Shown piece by piece: positions 38,048-51,469 of a stretch of 64,000 bases of DNA. Each line of letters starts with the position of its first letter. Position 1 is the first letter of the stretch. The stretch is from Octopus vulgaris (lineage: Eukaryota). A program made the translations under genes and the position numbers. The notes beneath the pieces were generated by a model. The model saw only the letters and a list, made by a program, of their open reading frames with translations, did not search any database and was not told the origin of the DNA. Location: positions 28,706,001 through 28,770,000 of the forward strand of contig OX597814.1 in NCBI GenBank assembly GCA_951406725.2, read 5' to 3'.

Positions 38048-39261
38048 CACGCACATGCACATACGAGTTTTCAGCGCAATTTCTGTGGCCCTAATTTCAA
38101 TTACAAATATTTGGTCAAGCTGAGGTTAGGATAGATGAACACTTGCCTAGGGTGCCGTGCAATAGGATCGAACTCTGTCTGATTGGAATCAGTTATACTT
38201 CTAGTTATAATCGATGGCAAATTGAAGACTATTTTAACTGTCACGTCCTGAGACGTATTGAGAACTAGGTACATTACTTTTAATTTTTGTAATTATGTAA
38301 CCAGTAAACTTCATTCTAGGGAATGCTTATCTAAATCAGACTTTCAATGAAGATTATATTTGTAAATACATATTTCTGGCGATTACACAAAAGGTTTGAA
38401 GTTGTAGTATTCATTCCAGCCATGACGTCCATAATGAACAGCGGTGGTGAAGCGAGATTTTTTCAGAATGTATTGAAAGTGCTCCACAAATCGACGGTGC
38501 AAGACATGGTTGTGTGATAAAGTAACTTGTTTCACAAATTCGTGATTTTGGATTAGATTCCACTGCGTAGTATCTTGGATAACTGTCTTCTACCATGACC
38601 TCAGGCTGGCCAAAACCTTTTGAATGAAAATTAAGTGTCAGCAACTATGTAGACACCCGTGGTAGATTTAATTACTCAGGTGAATATCACTGTGTTACCC
38701 TTGAGTGATTTTAGCAGGCTGCAACCTGTTCCAAACATCCAAGCTATCTAAGTGTACAAATTTCTAACCTGAAGATTCATTCGTTCCTACCTCTCACCAG
38801 TCACCGAAATCTTGGATGCTGTCCTCCTGATGAGCCTATTAAAAAATCTGATGCATCTAGTTAATAATTTACTATTTCCCGTCAGTTTCATGAGTATGGA
38901 AAACTTACAAGCATATGGATTTACCTCCTAAATATGTTTACTACATATATGCAGATACATATATATATATACATACACCGCTATCTTGGTTGTTTCAAGG
39001 TGATTTATATATAACACAAGCGGTACAGGAAGTTTTGTTTTGCATAGCCTTCAGATATTTTCGTCAAATTATCTAAATGTACTTTTTTTACCTTGGCACT
39101 TTTAGATGAGTTTAAAATAGGAATAGGTACAAAAACAAACAGACACACTGCGAATAGGCATTCGGGCAATCAGTCGGACGGACGAAAGAATTTCTAAATT
39201 AGAGAAGAGTCGAGAATATAAATATTTTGGATCTATATATTGTCCTTAATAAACTTTTCTA

Positions 39262-40200
39262 AGGCGGCGAGCGGTATTTCGTCTGCCGTTACGTTCTGAG
39301 TTCAAATTCCGCCGAGGTTGACTTTGCCTTTCATCCTTTCGGGGTCGATAAATTAAGTACTAGTTACGCACTGGGGATGATGTAATCGACTTAATCCGTT
39401 TGTCTGTCCTTGTTTGTCCCCTCTGTGTTTAGCCCCTTGTGGGTAGTAAAGAAATATATATATTGTCATTAATAAACTTTTCTAAGGCGGCGAGCGGTAT
39501 TTCGTCTGCCGTTACGTTCTGAGTTCAAATTCCGCCGAGGTCGACTTTGCCTTTCATCCTTTCGGGGGTCGATTAAATAAGTACCAGTTACGCACTGGGG
39601 TCGATGTAATCGACTTAATCCGTTTGTCTGTCCTTCTTTGTCCTCTCTGTATTTAGCCCCTTGTGGGTAGTAAAGAAATAGATTTTTTCGTCTACCGCTA
39701 CGTTCTGAGTTCAAATTCCGCCGAGGTCGACTTTGCCTTTCATCCTTTCAGGGTCGATTAAATAAGTATCAGTTACGCACTGGGGTCGATATAATCGACC
39801 TAATCCGTTTGTCTGTCCTTGTTTGCTCCCTCTGTGTGCAGTAAAGAAATAAGAAACATTAGCACGCCGGGCGAAATGGTTAGTGGTATTTCGTCTGCCG
39901 TTACGTTCTAAGTTCAAATTCCACCGAGGTCGACTTTGCCTTTCATCCTTTTGGAGTCGATAAATTAGGTACCAGTTACGCACTGTCCTTGTTTGTCTCC
40001 TCTGTGTGTAGCCCCTTGTGGGTAGTAAAGAAATAGGTATTTCGTATGTCTTTACGTTCTTAGTTCAAATTCCGCCGAGGTCGACTTTGCTTTTCATCCT
40101 TTCGAGGTAGATGAATTAAGTACCAGTTGTGTACTGAGATCGATGTAACCGACCGGCTCCTTCCCCCAAAATTGAAGGCCTTGTACCTAGAGTAGAAAAG
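39262..40200 (+). mobile_element. Tandem array of SINE B units and partial units
   Basis: Five repeats of gttacgttctgagttcaaattccgccgaggtcgac-like core. Confidence 0.9.
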
Positions 40201-40431
40201 GATTAATAAAATTTTCTGATACTGGCATAAGAGCAGATATTTTTGTGGTTGTGAGGGTACAGTCAATGAAATTGATTGGTTATTATGACTTATTATCAAT
40301 CCTGAAAGCTGGAACAAAAAATCAACCTCAGTGGAATTTGAAGACGTGCAGACCTCTGATTGAAAGGTGTTCTAACTGTGATCATCCTTTCGCATTTATT
40401 TCAAAAGCATACTGTTAGTTTTTAAAGATTT

Positions 40432-40832
40432 AGCGTGGCTGTGTGGTAAGAAGTCTTCTCGTCAATCACACGGTTCCGGGTTCAGTCCTAGTGTGTGGTA
40501 CCTTGAGTAAGTGTTTTCGACTCTAGCCTGAGGCCGGCCAAAGACTTGTGAGTGGATTTAAGAGACGGAAACTGAAAGAAGCCCGTCGTGTATGTGTGTG
40601 TATGCGCGTGTGTGTGTGCGCGCGTGTTGTTTCTTTGTTTGTCCCCCACTGCACCGCTGGACCACTGGTGTTAGCTTGTTTGCGTCCCTGTAACTTAACA
40701 GTTCGGCAAAAGACACTGACAGAATAAATACCAACCTTTTATAAACGTCTAGGGATCGATTCGTTCGACTAAAACTTCCTCGAAGCGGTGCTCCAGCTTA
40801 GCCGCAGTCTAACGACTGAAACAAGTAAAAGA
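40432..40832 (+). mobile_element. Older SINE family A copy
   Basis: Full-length diverged similarity. Confidence 0.85.
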
Positions 40833-41514
40833 TGAACTATTAAAGATAGATATGCCTCATAACTTCCCAACACACAAATACAGGCCTTAGGTTGGTCATA
40901 TTTTCATTTTCAGTGAGCAACTTACCACTATTTTCTCTAATTCCTTTAATTATGATATTCAAGCACACTAATGCTCTTCACTATTTTTTAAACGCATTCA
41001 TCGAAAACTAAGAATTATAAGTTACAATGGATAATTTCCATTTTCTGATTCATCTACAAGTTCAGCATTGATCGCTGATGAGGGTAAATGCAATGTTCGT
41101 TTTAAAAGCCAGAACGCTAATTCTTCAATTTCATTTTCAATTATACATTTTTGCCTTTGAAAACAACATTTGCAAGTCATTGGTGAATATTTCAATATAA
41201 CTGCCTCTCCGTCCTTTCTGTTCGGGCCATTGCATAATTTGTGATAACGAAATTAATAGTTTCTGATTTAAGCGAAAGGCCAACAGTTTGGTAGGTAGGT
41301 TAGTCGAGACAATTGACTCCAATAATCGACTTGTCATTATAATGTCCACTCGATTATTTGCAATGCATTAACTTAATTATTGCTTTTAATTTAGAAGATG
41401 TCTCTGAGTAATTATGGTCTGGAATCTATTTTCGTGTCCACACCTCATGTATAATATTGTACATCTACTTAAGTATTATCTTATTACTATTTTGGCAAGT
41501 ATTAGGAAATCTAG

Positions 41515-41557
41515 GCTTCGTTGAAGAGGTATGATAAGACTGAAGTATGTCTGGAGT
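41515..41557 (+). ncRNA. Degenerate minimal hammerhead
   Basis: GCTTCG TTGAAGA GGT ATGATAAG ACT GAAG TATG TC TGGAGT. Confidence 0.5.
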
Positions 41558-41884
41558 TATTTCCGTATGTATAAAAATTATTTAAATGATATTAACCAGT
41601 AATTAATTTTTTTACACTTGATAATTAGTTTCAGTTAGCTTTTCAGTGCTCACTTCATTAAGTATGATAATACTGACTTGACTAAAATACTATTTGTTAT
41701 AAATTTTCCTCCATATCTGAGACCTTTATATTCACTACGTTTATATATCTTAAGACTATCTTGTACTTTGTTTTAATCTAAAACTGAAGCCAGCTAATCT
41801 CGCATATAATACAGAAGGATCTTTTAATAAGGTGTACTTAACACCGCTGAAAAAGTTTCTCTTACTTAAAATCTTACATAATTC

Positions 41885-42290
41885 AACTAATGCTATTAGT
41901 CCTGATCTATCTTCTAAATTGGATTCACTCTCTCATCGTCGTCGTGTGGCTTCCTTGTCTCTTTTCTATAAGTATTTTCATGGACATTGTTCAGCTGAGC
42001 TCTCTTCCCTGGTTCTTCCTTTAAGAACTTATCAGCGATCAACTAGACTTGCATCCAGTTCTCATCAATATACTGTGCAACCTCATAAGTGTCGCAAAGC
42101 ACTTTACAGTACCAGTTTCTTCCCTCGCACATCTGAACTTTGGAATTCATTTCCACAGTCTTGTTTTCCTCTTCAATATTACCTCTAGTCATTTAAGTCT
42201 AATGTACATCGTCACCTATTGACTTCTGTCTAGTGTCTATTTTATTCTACAAGGACCCTGTAACGAGCGAATGCTTAAAAAGAAAAAAAG
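41885..42290 (+). pseudogene. 3' fragment of LINE ORF2 with A-rich tail
   Basis: LDSLSHRRRVASLSLFYKYFHGHCS...SFFPRTSELWNSFP..FP..Y.L*SFKSNV; typical non-LTR ORF2 C-terminus. Confidence 0.85.
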
Positions 42291-42799
42291 AATTCTGGGC
42301 ACTATTTAAATGTTTAATCTGAGATTTTGCAAAATGCAGACATTTTGACAAGCATTTATTTCTTATCTTTAGTACAGTCTTTCTTTTCCCTTATTTTCTC
42401 CGCTAGTCTTATTTTATTTTATTCAATTCATTTATTTTATTTCATTTTATTTCTCTTTCTTATTTGCATTCGCTTATTGTAAAATACAAAAGAAATCCTA
42501 ATGCTTTTTGAAATCTACACTTTTTTCCAGTAGTGACCTAATAGATTTTTTTCAAATTTTTATATTGCCTAACATTTAAACTTTACGTTGAGTGAGCAAC
42601 TTAAGTATAATGAATGACTAATAAACCACTAATAAAGGCACGTACTCAAAGTAACTATTGTGTACCTAGTAGTCTGTACACACACACACGCACACACATA
42701 CACACAAACATATTTATATACATATGTATGATACTGTATTTGTATTGAGTGCTATACTTTTGTTCACGTACAAAGTCTTTGCCTTTTATTTGGATTATA

Positions 42800-43203
42800 T
42801 AGGAGTGGCTGTAAGTAGCTTGCTAACCAACCACATGGTTCCGGGTTCAGTCCCACTGCGCGGCATCTTGGGCAAGTGTCTTCTGCTATAGCCCCGGGCT
42901 GACCAATGCCTTGTGAGTGGATTTGGTAGACGGAAACTGAAAGAAGCCTGTCGTATATATGTATATGTATATATGTATGTGTGTGTCTGTGTTTGTCCCC
43001 CTAGCATTGCTTGACAGCCGATGCTGGTGTGTTTACGTACCCGCCACTAAGCGGTTCGGCAAAAGAGACCGATAAAATAAGTACTGAGCTTACAAAGAAT
43101 AAGTCCCGGGGTCGATTTGCTCGACTAAAAGGCGGTGCTCCAGCATGGCCGCAGTCAAATGACTGAAACAAGTAAAAGAGTAAAAGAGTAAAAGAGTAAA
43201 AGA
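42800..43203 (+). mobile_element. SINE family A
   Basis: Near full length. Confidence 0.92.
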
Positions 43204-43213
43204 GATATATATA

Positions 43214-43465
43214 TAATCCAAATAATAAGGCAAAAATTTTAACATATCTTTAATGATCAGTTACAGTTGTTTCTGTACCAACGCCAGTTCACCAAAGAGT
43301 TCGAAGTGGAAATTTACGTAAAATTTGTGGTTTTAAATATTACAGAACCACTTAAAATGTGCGGCTGCCAGAATTTGTGTTTTTCGGGAGTTGGTACAAA
43401 ACCAAATGTAATTGGTCATTAAAGATGTGTTAAAAAGTCTTTTTTCGTCTTCTTGTTTTGGATTA
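43214..43465. repeat. Degenerate inverted repeat with an HHR 3' half in the left arm
   Basis: Arms about 43214-43280 and 43390-43465; minus strand GAAA CAACTG TA at 43262-43273. Confidence 0.65.
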
Positions 43466-43637
43466 CATTTTACTTCTTCGCTAAATCCATACAATTAGTT
43501 TTACCGTCGTGAAACCAGGATTTTCTACACCTGAAGAATTTCTATACTAGTCTGGAATCCGACGGTGTAGAAAACCCAAAGCTCGAGTTGAGAGCTCGTC
43601 TCTCTCCTCTGTTTGAACCTTATAAATAAATATATGC

Positions 43638-43671
<34 letters not shown>

Positions 43672-43680
43672 GTGTATATG

Positions 43681-43762
<82 letters not shown>

Positions 43763-43803
43763 TGTGAGCAATGAGTTTTCTAACTACCATTTTTTTCCAA
43801 ATA

Positions 43804-43837
43804 TCCCGAAGAAGAGGTCATAATCTCGAAATATAGA
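43804..43837 (+). ncRNA. Minimal hammerhead-like motif (U4C variant)
   Basis: TC CCGAAGA A GAGGT CATA ATCTC GAAA TA TA GA. Confidence 0.5.
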
Positions 43838-43955
43838 AATAAAAGGTAAAAATGCAATTTTTTTTCTTTTTTCTTTCGTAGCTTTGTATCTTCTTGCATT
43901 GTTCCGCTCTTACACAACGAATCTCTTTGAAGTTATACCACACAATGCTTCACCA

Positions 43956-44005
<50 letters not shown>

Positions 44006-44088
44006 CATGAACGGTGAGAGGGAGATTTTATAATACTTGTAAGAATATTTCGATCACCATAAACATCATCATCATCATCATCATCATC

Positions 44089-44163
<75 letters not shown>

Positions 44164-44254
44164 TGTTGCTACTGCTGCTGCTACTGTCTCTTACCACCAC
44201 TAACAACTGCGTTTACAACAACAATTACAAGACTTGGTCATTATCATCACCATC

Positions 44255-44298
<44 letters not shown>

Positions 44299-44380
44299 CA
44301 TCGTAACCATAGATTATCATTATCATAAACTAGTACGATAATCAATCTAATGAACGACTGCAACAATAACAGCGGTAATG

Positions 44381-44764
44381 TGGAGGCGCAATGGCCCAGT
44401 GGTTAGGGCAGCGGACTCGCGGTCATAAGATCGCGGTTTCGATTCCCAGACCGGGCGTTGTGAGTGTTTATTGAGCGAAAACACCTAAAAGCTCCACGAG
44501 GCTCCGGCAGGGGATGGTGGTGATCCCTGCTGTACTCTTTCACCACAACTTTCTCTCACTCTTACTTCCTCTTTCTGTTGTACCTGTATTTCAAGGGGCC
44601 GGCCTTGTCACTCTCTCTGTCACGCTGAATATCCCCGAGAACTACGTTAAGGGTGCACGTGTCTGTGGAGTGCTCAGCCACTTACACGTTAATTTCACGA
44701 GCAGGCTGTTCCGTTGATTCGGATCAATCGGAACCCTCATCGTCGTAACGGACGGAGTGCTTCC
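44381..44764 (+). mobile_element. SINE family C, full length, 12-bp TSD
   Basis: TSD aacagcggtaat. Confidence 0.93.
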
Positions 44765-44977
44765 AACAGCGGTAATACTATCAACAACACTGACCGACTG
44801 ACCAAACAAACGAACGAACGAACGCATGAAAGACCAACTGACCGCTTGATATTTTTAGACGAAACTGTCACATCATTATGGAAAAATCAAAATCAAAGAC
44901 AAAAGACTTTGGATGGTTTAATGGCAGGGATGTACACTTTAGGAAGATGAACATTTTGGCTTTTTTATTCAACCTTC

Positions 44978-45245
44978 TCTTTTACTCTTTTACTTGTTTC
45001 AGTCATTTGACTGCGGCCATGCTGGAGCACCGCCTTTAGTCGAGCAAATCGACCTCAGGACTTATTCTTTGTAAGCCTAGCCTAGTACTTATTCTATCGG
45101 TCTCTTTTGCCGAACCGCTAATTTACGGGGACGTAAACACACCAGCATCGGTTTTCAAGCGATGTTGGGTGGGAGACAAACACAGACACACAAACACACA
45201 TATATACATATACATATATACGACGGGCTTCTTTCAGTTTCCTTC
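44978..45245 (-). mobile_element. SINE family A, 5' truncated
   Basis: Similarity to other copies. Confidence 0.88.
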
Positions 45246-45300
45246 TGAGGAATTTGAACTCAGACGGATGAAATGCCGCTAAACACCACACAACAATATT

Positions 45301-45898
45301 TATTTCTTTATTGCCTTCAAGGGGCTAAACATAGAGGGGACAAACAAGGACAGACAAAGAGATTAAGTCTATTACATAGTTCCCAGTGCGTAACTGGTAC
45401 TTATTTAATCGGCCCGAAAGGATGAAAGGCAAGTTGACCTCGGCGGAATTTGAACTCAGAACATAAAGACAGACGAAATACCTATTTCTTTACTACCCAC
45501 AAGGGGCTAAACACAGAGAGGACAAACAAGGACTGACAAACGGATTAAGTCGATTATATCGACCCCAGTGTGTAACTGGTACTTATTTAATCGACCCCGA
45601 AATGATGAAAGGCAAGTCGACCTCGGCGGAATTTGAACTCAGAACACAAAGACAGACGAAATACCTATTTCTTTACTACCCACAAGGGGCTAAACACAGT
45701 GAGGACAAACAAGGACAGACAAACGAATTAAGTTGCTTACATCGACCCCAGTGTGTAACTGGTACTTAATTTATCGACCCCGAAAGGCTGAAAGGCAAAG
45801 TCAACCTCGGCGGAATTTGAACTCAGAACGTAACGGCAGACTTAATACGGCTACGCATTTCGCCCGGTGTGCTAACGTTTCTGCCAGCTCGCCGCCTT
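45301..45898 (-). mobile_element. SINE family B trimer inside one TSD
   Basis: One headed unit plus two headless units; TSD ccacacaacaatatt (45286-45300) / ccacactactatatt (45899-45913). Confidence 0.88.
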
Positions 45899-47018
45899 CC
45901 ACACTACTATATTATATTTGCCCGTACTATAGTATACATGCATGCATTATACTACACCACATTCTCAGTACATCTCGTGCTACATGCATGCATGTATGCG
46001 TGCTACATACATGCATGCACCTATACACACACATACACACAGAAACACACGCTCATACACACACACACACACACACACACGTCACACGTTCATCCACAGT
46101 ACACACGGTTATCACACGCAGTACCTCTCACCACATACACACACATACACATGCACCTATACATACATACATACACACACGCACACAAGCACTTACACAA
46201 TCACATACGCATACACACTCATACATACATGCACCTATACACACACACACACACACACGTCACACGTTCATCCACAGTACACACGGTTATCACACGCAGT
46301 ACCTCTCACCACATCACACACACACACACACGCGCGCACACACACTTACACACACACACACACACGTACACGTAACACATCTCACCTACCCAACACATAC
46401 AGGACACACCACACCCCCCCGTTACATTCACTATGGTACACACCCAACTTAACCTACCGCTAGCCAACCTTACCCTTACCCCGAACCCAACACACCCCGC
46501 CACTTTCTTATCTTCGCATTATCTTTCATTTTTATTTATTTATTTAATGATCTACCTTCTTTAAGCCACCCATTCCCCCACCCTTATCTCTCTCACTCTC
46601 TCTCTCTCTCTCTCTCTCCTCGCTTCGTCCACAGACACACACATACAACAAGGACATACACACACACACATGCTTCCACACCACCGCAAGCACCAGCAAC
46701 AGCAGCAGCAGCAGTACCACAACCACCACCACCACCACCATCGCTTTCACCGCCACCACTACCGATTACACTACCACCACCACCACCACTCCAGCCGAAT
46801 ACTTTTCTGGCAGTCTTCCTTTTTATTCACCTGCTTACAGGTAAACCGCGCGCCTGTACAGATGCGCGAATACATATAATTACAGACATACATACACACA
46901 CGTATATATGTATATATATATATATACATGCATATATATATATGTATATATATACATGCATATACATATATATACATGCATATACATATATATATGTATG
47001 TACATATATATATATACA

Positions 47019-47072
<54 letters not shown>

Positions 47073-47098
47073 ACATATATACATACATATATACATAC

Positions 47099-47146
<48 letters not shown>

Positions 47147-47212
47147 GTATACATAATGCATAATCGCAAACACATTTACACTAGTAGATACACTTTAATC
47201 AAGCGAGCTGTG

Positions 47213-47255
<43 letters not shown>

Positions 47256-47503
47256 CCACATATGTACATATCCAAACATGCCTAGATGCGGATATTTTTT
47301 CCATCAGTACGCGCGCGCACGATCAAACATAATGAATCCACATTATGCACACACAAACACACACGCACACACTAACACACACACACGCACATACACACAC
47401 ACACACAAGTATATATAATAATATACATACACCACGCACACATCTGAATAAGCACTTCTTCACATCAACACATACGCACACACACACACACACACGCACA
47501 CAT

Positions 47504-47563
<60 letters not shown>

Positions 47564-47779
47564 TCACACAGGATCAACGTCAAGTTACGCACGCCAGAAC
47601 AGCTCTTACAAGATCTTCCTGCTGTATATATGCCTACAGATGTACACACACACACACACAAACACAAACACACACGCACACAAACATACATACATCCATG
47701 CACAAACACACACGTAGACACGCACGCACGCACGCACGCACGCACACACACAATGTATGTATGCACCAGTTGTTTGTCT

Positions 47780-48208
47780 CTTTTACTCTTTTACTCTTTT
47801 ACTTGTTTCAGTCATTTGACTGCGGCCATGCTGGAGCACCGCCTTTGGTCGAGCAAATCGACCCCGGGACTAATTCTTTATAAGCCCAGTACTTATTCTA
47901 TCGGTCTCTTTTTGCCGAACCGCTAAGTGATGGGGACATAAACACACCAGCATCGGTTGTCAAGCAATGCTAGGGAGACAAACACAGACACACAAACACA
48001 CACAAACACATACACACATACATATATATATATATACATATATACGACAGGCTTCTTTCAGTTTCCGTCTACCAAATCCACTCACAAGGCATTGGTCGGC
48101 TCGGTGCTATAGCAGAAGACACTTGCCGAAGATGCCACACAGTGGGACTGAACCCGGAACCATGTGGTTGGTTAGCAAGCTACTTACCACACAGCCACTC
48201 CTGCGCCT
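47780..48208 (-). mobile_element. SINE family A, full length
   Basis: Similarity to other copies. Confidence 0.93.
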
Positions 48209-48597
48209 ATATGTATATGTATTTGTATGTATGTTTGCATGTATGAGCGCGTGCATTTGTGTACGTACAAATATACATATATAAATATACATACATCTAT
48301 ATGTATATATATAAACACACATCACACATCATACACACACACACATATTTCGTTGTTATCATGTTAAACTGTCGTTTGTCCAAATTTGGCCAAATGCGTT
48401 TTTTGTCAATATTTATTTTTGCTCGCAATAGCCGGTTCTTTTGGCCAAACTATTGTATCTCCAGCTGCTTCAGATGCCAAAATAGCAAAAAATTTTCAAA
48501 GTGTAGTACAACTGTTTTACTATGGAATGGTGAAACTATTTTGTCGCTTTCTGGAAAAGTAACGTTTTGGACTTACGGCACTTTTGTATAATAGCAA

Positions 48598-48645
<48 letters not shown>

Positions 48646-48647
<2 letters not shown>

Positions 48648-49048
48648 TCTTTTACTCTTTTACTTGTTTCAGTCATTTGACTGCAGCCATGCTGGAGCAC
48701 CACCTTTAGTCGAGCAAATCGACCCCGCGACTTATTCTTTGTAAGCCCAGTACTTATTCTATCGGTCTCTTTTTGCCGAACCGCTAAGTGACGGGGACGT
48801 AAACACACCAGCATCGGTTGTCAAGCAATGCTAGGGAGACAAACACAGACACACAAACATATACACACACATACATATATATATACATATATACGACAGG
48901 CTTCTTTCAGTTTCCGTCTACCAAATCCACTCACAAGGCATTGGTCGGCCCGAGGCTATAGCAGAAGACACTTGCCCAAGATGCCACGCAGTGGGATTGA
49001 ACCCGGAACCATGTGGTTGGTAAGCAAGCTACTTACCACACAGCCACT

Positions 49049-49051
<3 letters not shown>
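48646..49051 (-). mobile_element. SINE family A in (TA)n
   Basis: Similarity to other copies. Confidence 0.93.
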
Positions 49052-49147
<96 letters not shown>

Positions 49148-49375
49148 TTTTATTTGTTTCAGTCACTTGACTGCGGCCATGCAGGAGCACCGGCTTTAGT
49201 CGAACAAATTGACCACAGGACTTATTCTTTGTAAGCCTAGTACTTATTCTATCGGTCGTTTTTGCCGAACCGCAAACACACCAACATCGGTTCTCAAATG
49301 ATGGTTGGGTACAAACACAGATATACAAACAAACAAACACACACGCACACATATATATATATATTACATATATTG

Positions 49376-49416
<41 letters not shown>

Positions 49417-49487
49417 GTAAAATTTTTATTTCGCAATGAGATACAAAATCAACGCTGTGTAGATTTTAGAACATTTATAGATAGAAG

Positions 49488-49535
49488 GTCTTACAGCTGT
49501 TCCAAGGATATTTATTATACCCCTTCATCGGAGAC
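49488..49535 (-). ncRNA. Minimal type I hammerhead (CCGAUGA core), left arm
   Basis: Minus strand GTCT CCGATGA AGGGGTAT AATAA ATATCCTT GGAA CAGCTG TA AGAC. Confidence 0.72.
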
Positions 49536-49738
49536 GGTGTGAGAGGATGGTTAAAAAATAGTTAATTGAGAGAAGTTATAAAATAGAGAGTGAGGTGGAG
49601 GAAATAAAAGAAAATAGATGTGAAATATTCCTACATATCTCACAATCTATTTTCTTTTATTTTCTTTTAATTCTTCCACCTCACTCTCTATTTTATATCT
49701 TATCTAAATTAACTATTTCTTAACCATCCTCTCACATC

Positions 49739-49786
49739 GTCTCCGATGACGGGATATAATAAATATCCTGGAAACAGCTGCAAGAC
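49739..49786 (+). ncRNA. Minimal type I hammerhead (CCGAUGA core), right arm
   Basis: GTCT CCGATGA CGGGATAT AATAA ATATCCTG GAAA CAGCTG CA AGAC. Confidence 0.72.
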
Positions 49787-50005
49787 CTATTTATAAATGT
49801 TCTAAAATCTATACAGTCTTGTTTATTTTTTTATCTCATTACGAAATAACATTTTTATATACACATGCTGACATATGACCAACGTTGAACCCCTTATTCG
49901 CATAATCACCGAACCTGAAACTTAACTGCGGTCCATCTATAGCACTTATTCAGCTTTACCTGACACCTTTGGGTCTCAATGACACCATTACCTCTCATAA
50001 CCTCC

Positions 50006-50047
<42 letters not shown>

Positions 50048-50109
50048 CATACACATATATATAGGCATATGTATATGTGTATACTCACTCATATATACAC
50101 ATAAGAGAG

Positions 50110-50495
50110 AATATTTTATGGGTATTTCAAAACTATATCAATCACTGAACTGGACATCATTGCATAGTACCAAAGAACCGTCATCACCTCCCAGTGTAAG
50201 AACCCGCAATTTTCTAATACTTTTCAACATTTTGCCAAAAGGTCTCAGATATCTACGAGATGTTGATGTGGATGTGTCCAAGGAACAATTAGACAAGATT
50301 TTATCTGATACACCAGATAAACCAACATCACTGCAAGATACGAAAAAACAAAAAACAAAACAAAATACTGTCGAACACACTATTTCATCAAGACCGATTC
50401 CAGAACCAGAACCGAGACATGAACCTAAAATAAGCAAGCATTAATGCCAATGGCGGTGCACCAGCATGGTCACGGTCTCTAATTGAAACCGATAT
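50110..50495 (+). pseudogene. LINE ORF2 C-terminal remnant plus 3' UTR ending in the SINE-A tail motif
   Basis: LFNILPKGLRYLRDVDVDVSKEQLDKILSDTPDKPT; ends ggcggtgcaccagcatggtcacggtc..attgaaacc. Confidence 0.8.
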
Positions 50496-50899
50496 TAGAA
50501 TATTTGAATAATATTGAAAATTTTTAGCTTTATAGTGACTAGCAACATCATTTCGGGCAGGAGTAATGACTGGAGATTGAAACTATCAAACCCTGTGCGA
50601 TGCGGAACTTTCCGGTAGTCTTTATATATATATATATATATGTATGTATGAATATTCGGAAAACGAGAGTAGAAAAATAGCCAACAACTGATAAAGGATC
50701 GGTTTTTGTGTTGTTTGTTTTGATTTCAGTTTGTGACTTTCGTTGTTTGAAAAAATAGTTCATATTCCATGTACTCGTATTTCGTATATTTTGTTTTGCA
50801 TGTTTCATGACGTCCCGTGCCCACATATATATATATTTATACGTGTAGATGCAAGTATTTACATATACGTATGTATATATATATGTGTGTGTGTGTGTG

Positions 50900-51190
50900 T
50901 AGGCTCAATGGCCCAGTGGTTTGGGCAGCGGACTCGTGGTTGTAGGATCACGGTTTCGATCCCCAGACCGGGCGTTGTGAGTGTCTATTAAAGCTCCACG
51001 AGGCTCCAGCAGGGGGTGGTGGCGATCCCTGTTGCACTCTTCCGCTGCAACTTTCTCTCACTCTTTCTTCTGTTGGCCTGCTCACTTAGCCCGCGCGGTG
51101 GCGTCATTTGAATGCTAAAACAATGCTAAGCGCATTGTAACCAGCGATGTGCAGGAACATCTGATAGCCTGGTCGGTCACGGTGCTCACG
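50900..51190 (+). mobile_element. SINE family C head and body with an alternative 3' tail
   Basis: Matches family C up to ctttctctcactctttcttc, then matches 23345-23464. Confidence 0.85.
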
Positions 51191-51469
51191 TATATATATA
51201 TATAATTCGAGGAAGTTAAATACTCGTTTCGGATTATATAAGCCAAGGTATTCCACTGATTTAATCTGCATCATATAATGGTAAACTCATTTGTATATAT
51301 TTTGGATTATTGAAATTATTAATATAGAGGGAGAAACAAGTAAAAGAAAATGGAGAATAAATAGATGTAGTTACTTTGCATGTTGTAGAAAGATGACGTT
51401 TTTATAAAAAAAAAACATTACAAATAAATTGGAAGTTGAAAGATCAAAAATGTTAAGAAAATCGTAGAA

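Larger units (their letters stand above)
49415..49860. repeat. Fold-back inverted repeat (about 215-bp arms), one HHR per arm
   Basis: Arms about 49415-49628 and 49634-49860. Confidence 0.88.

Noticed and set aside
38765-38850. CTGAAGA and CTGATGA cores
   Set aside because: No consistent stem I or II and no NUH triplet; similar unsupported cores at about 41075, 55573 and 63535 were also not counted
39262-40200. CRISPR-like array
   Set aside because: Units are long SINE segments without unique spacers; eukaryotic context, no cas genes
46448-46500. Telomere-like C-rich repeats
   Set aside because: Only loose ccttac/cctaac-like variants, no (TTAGGG)n run
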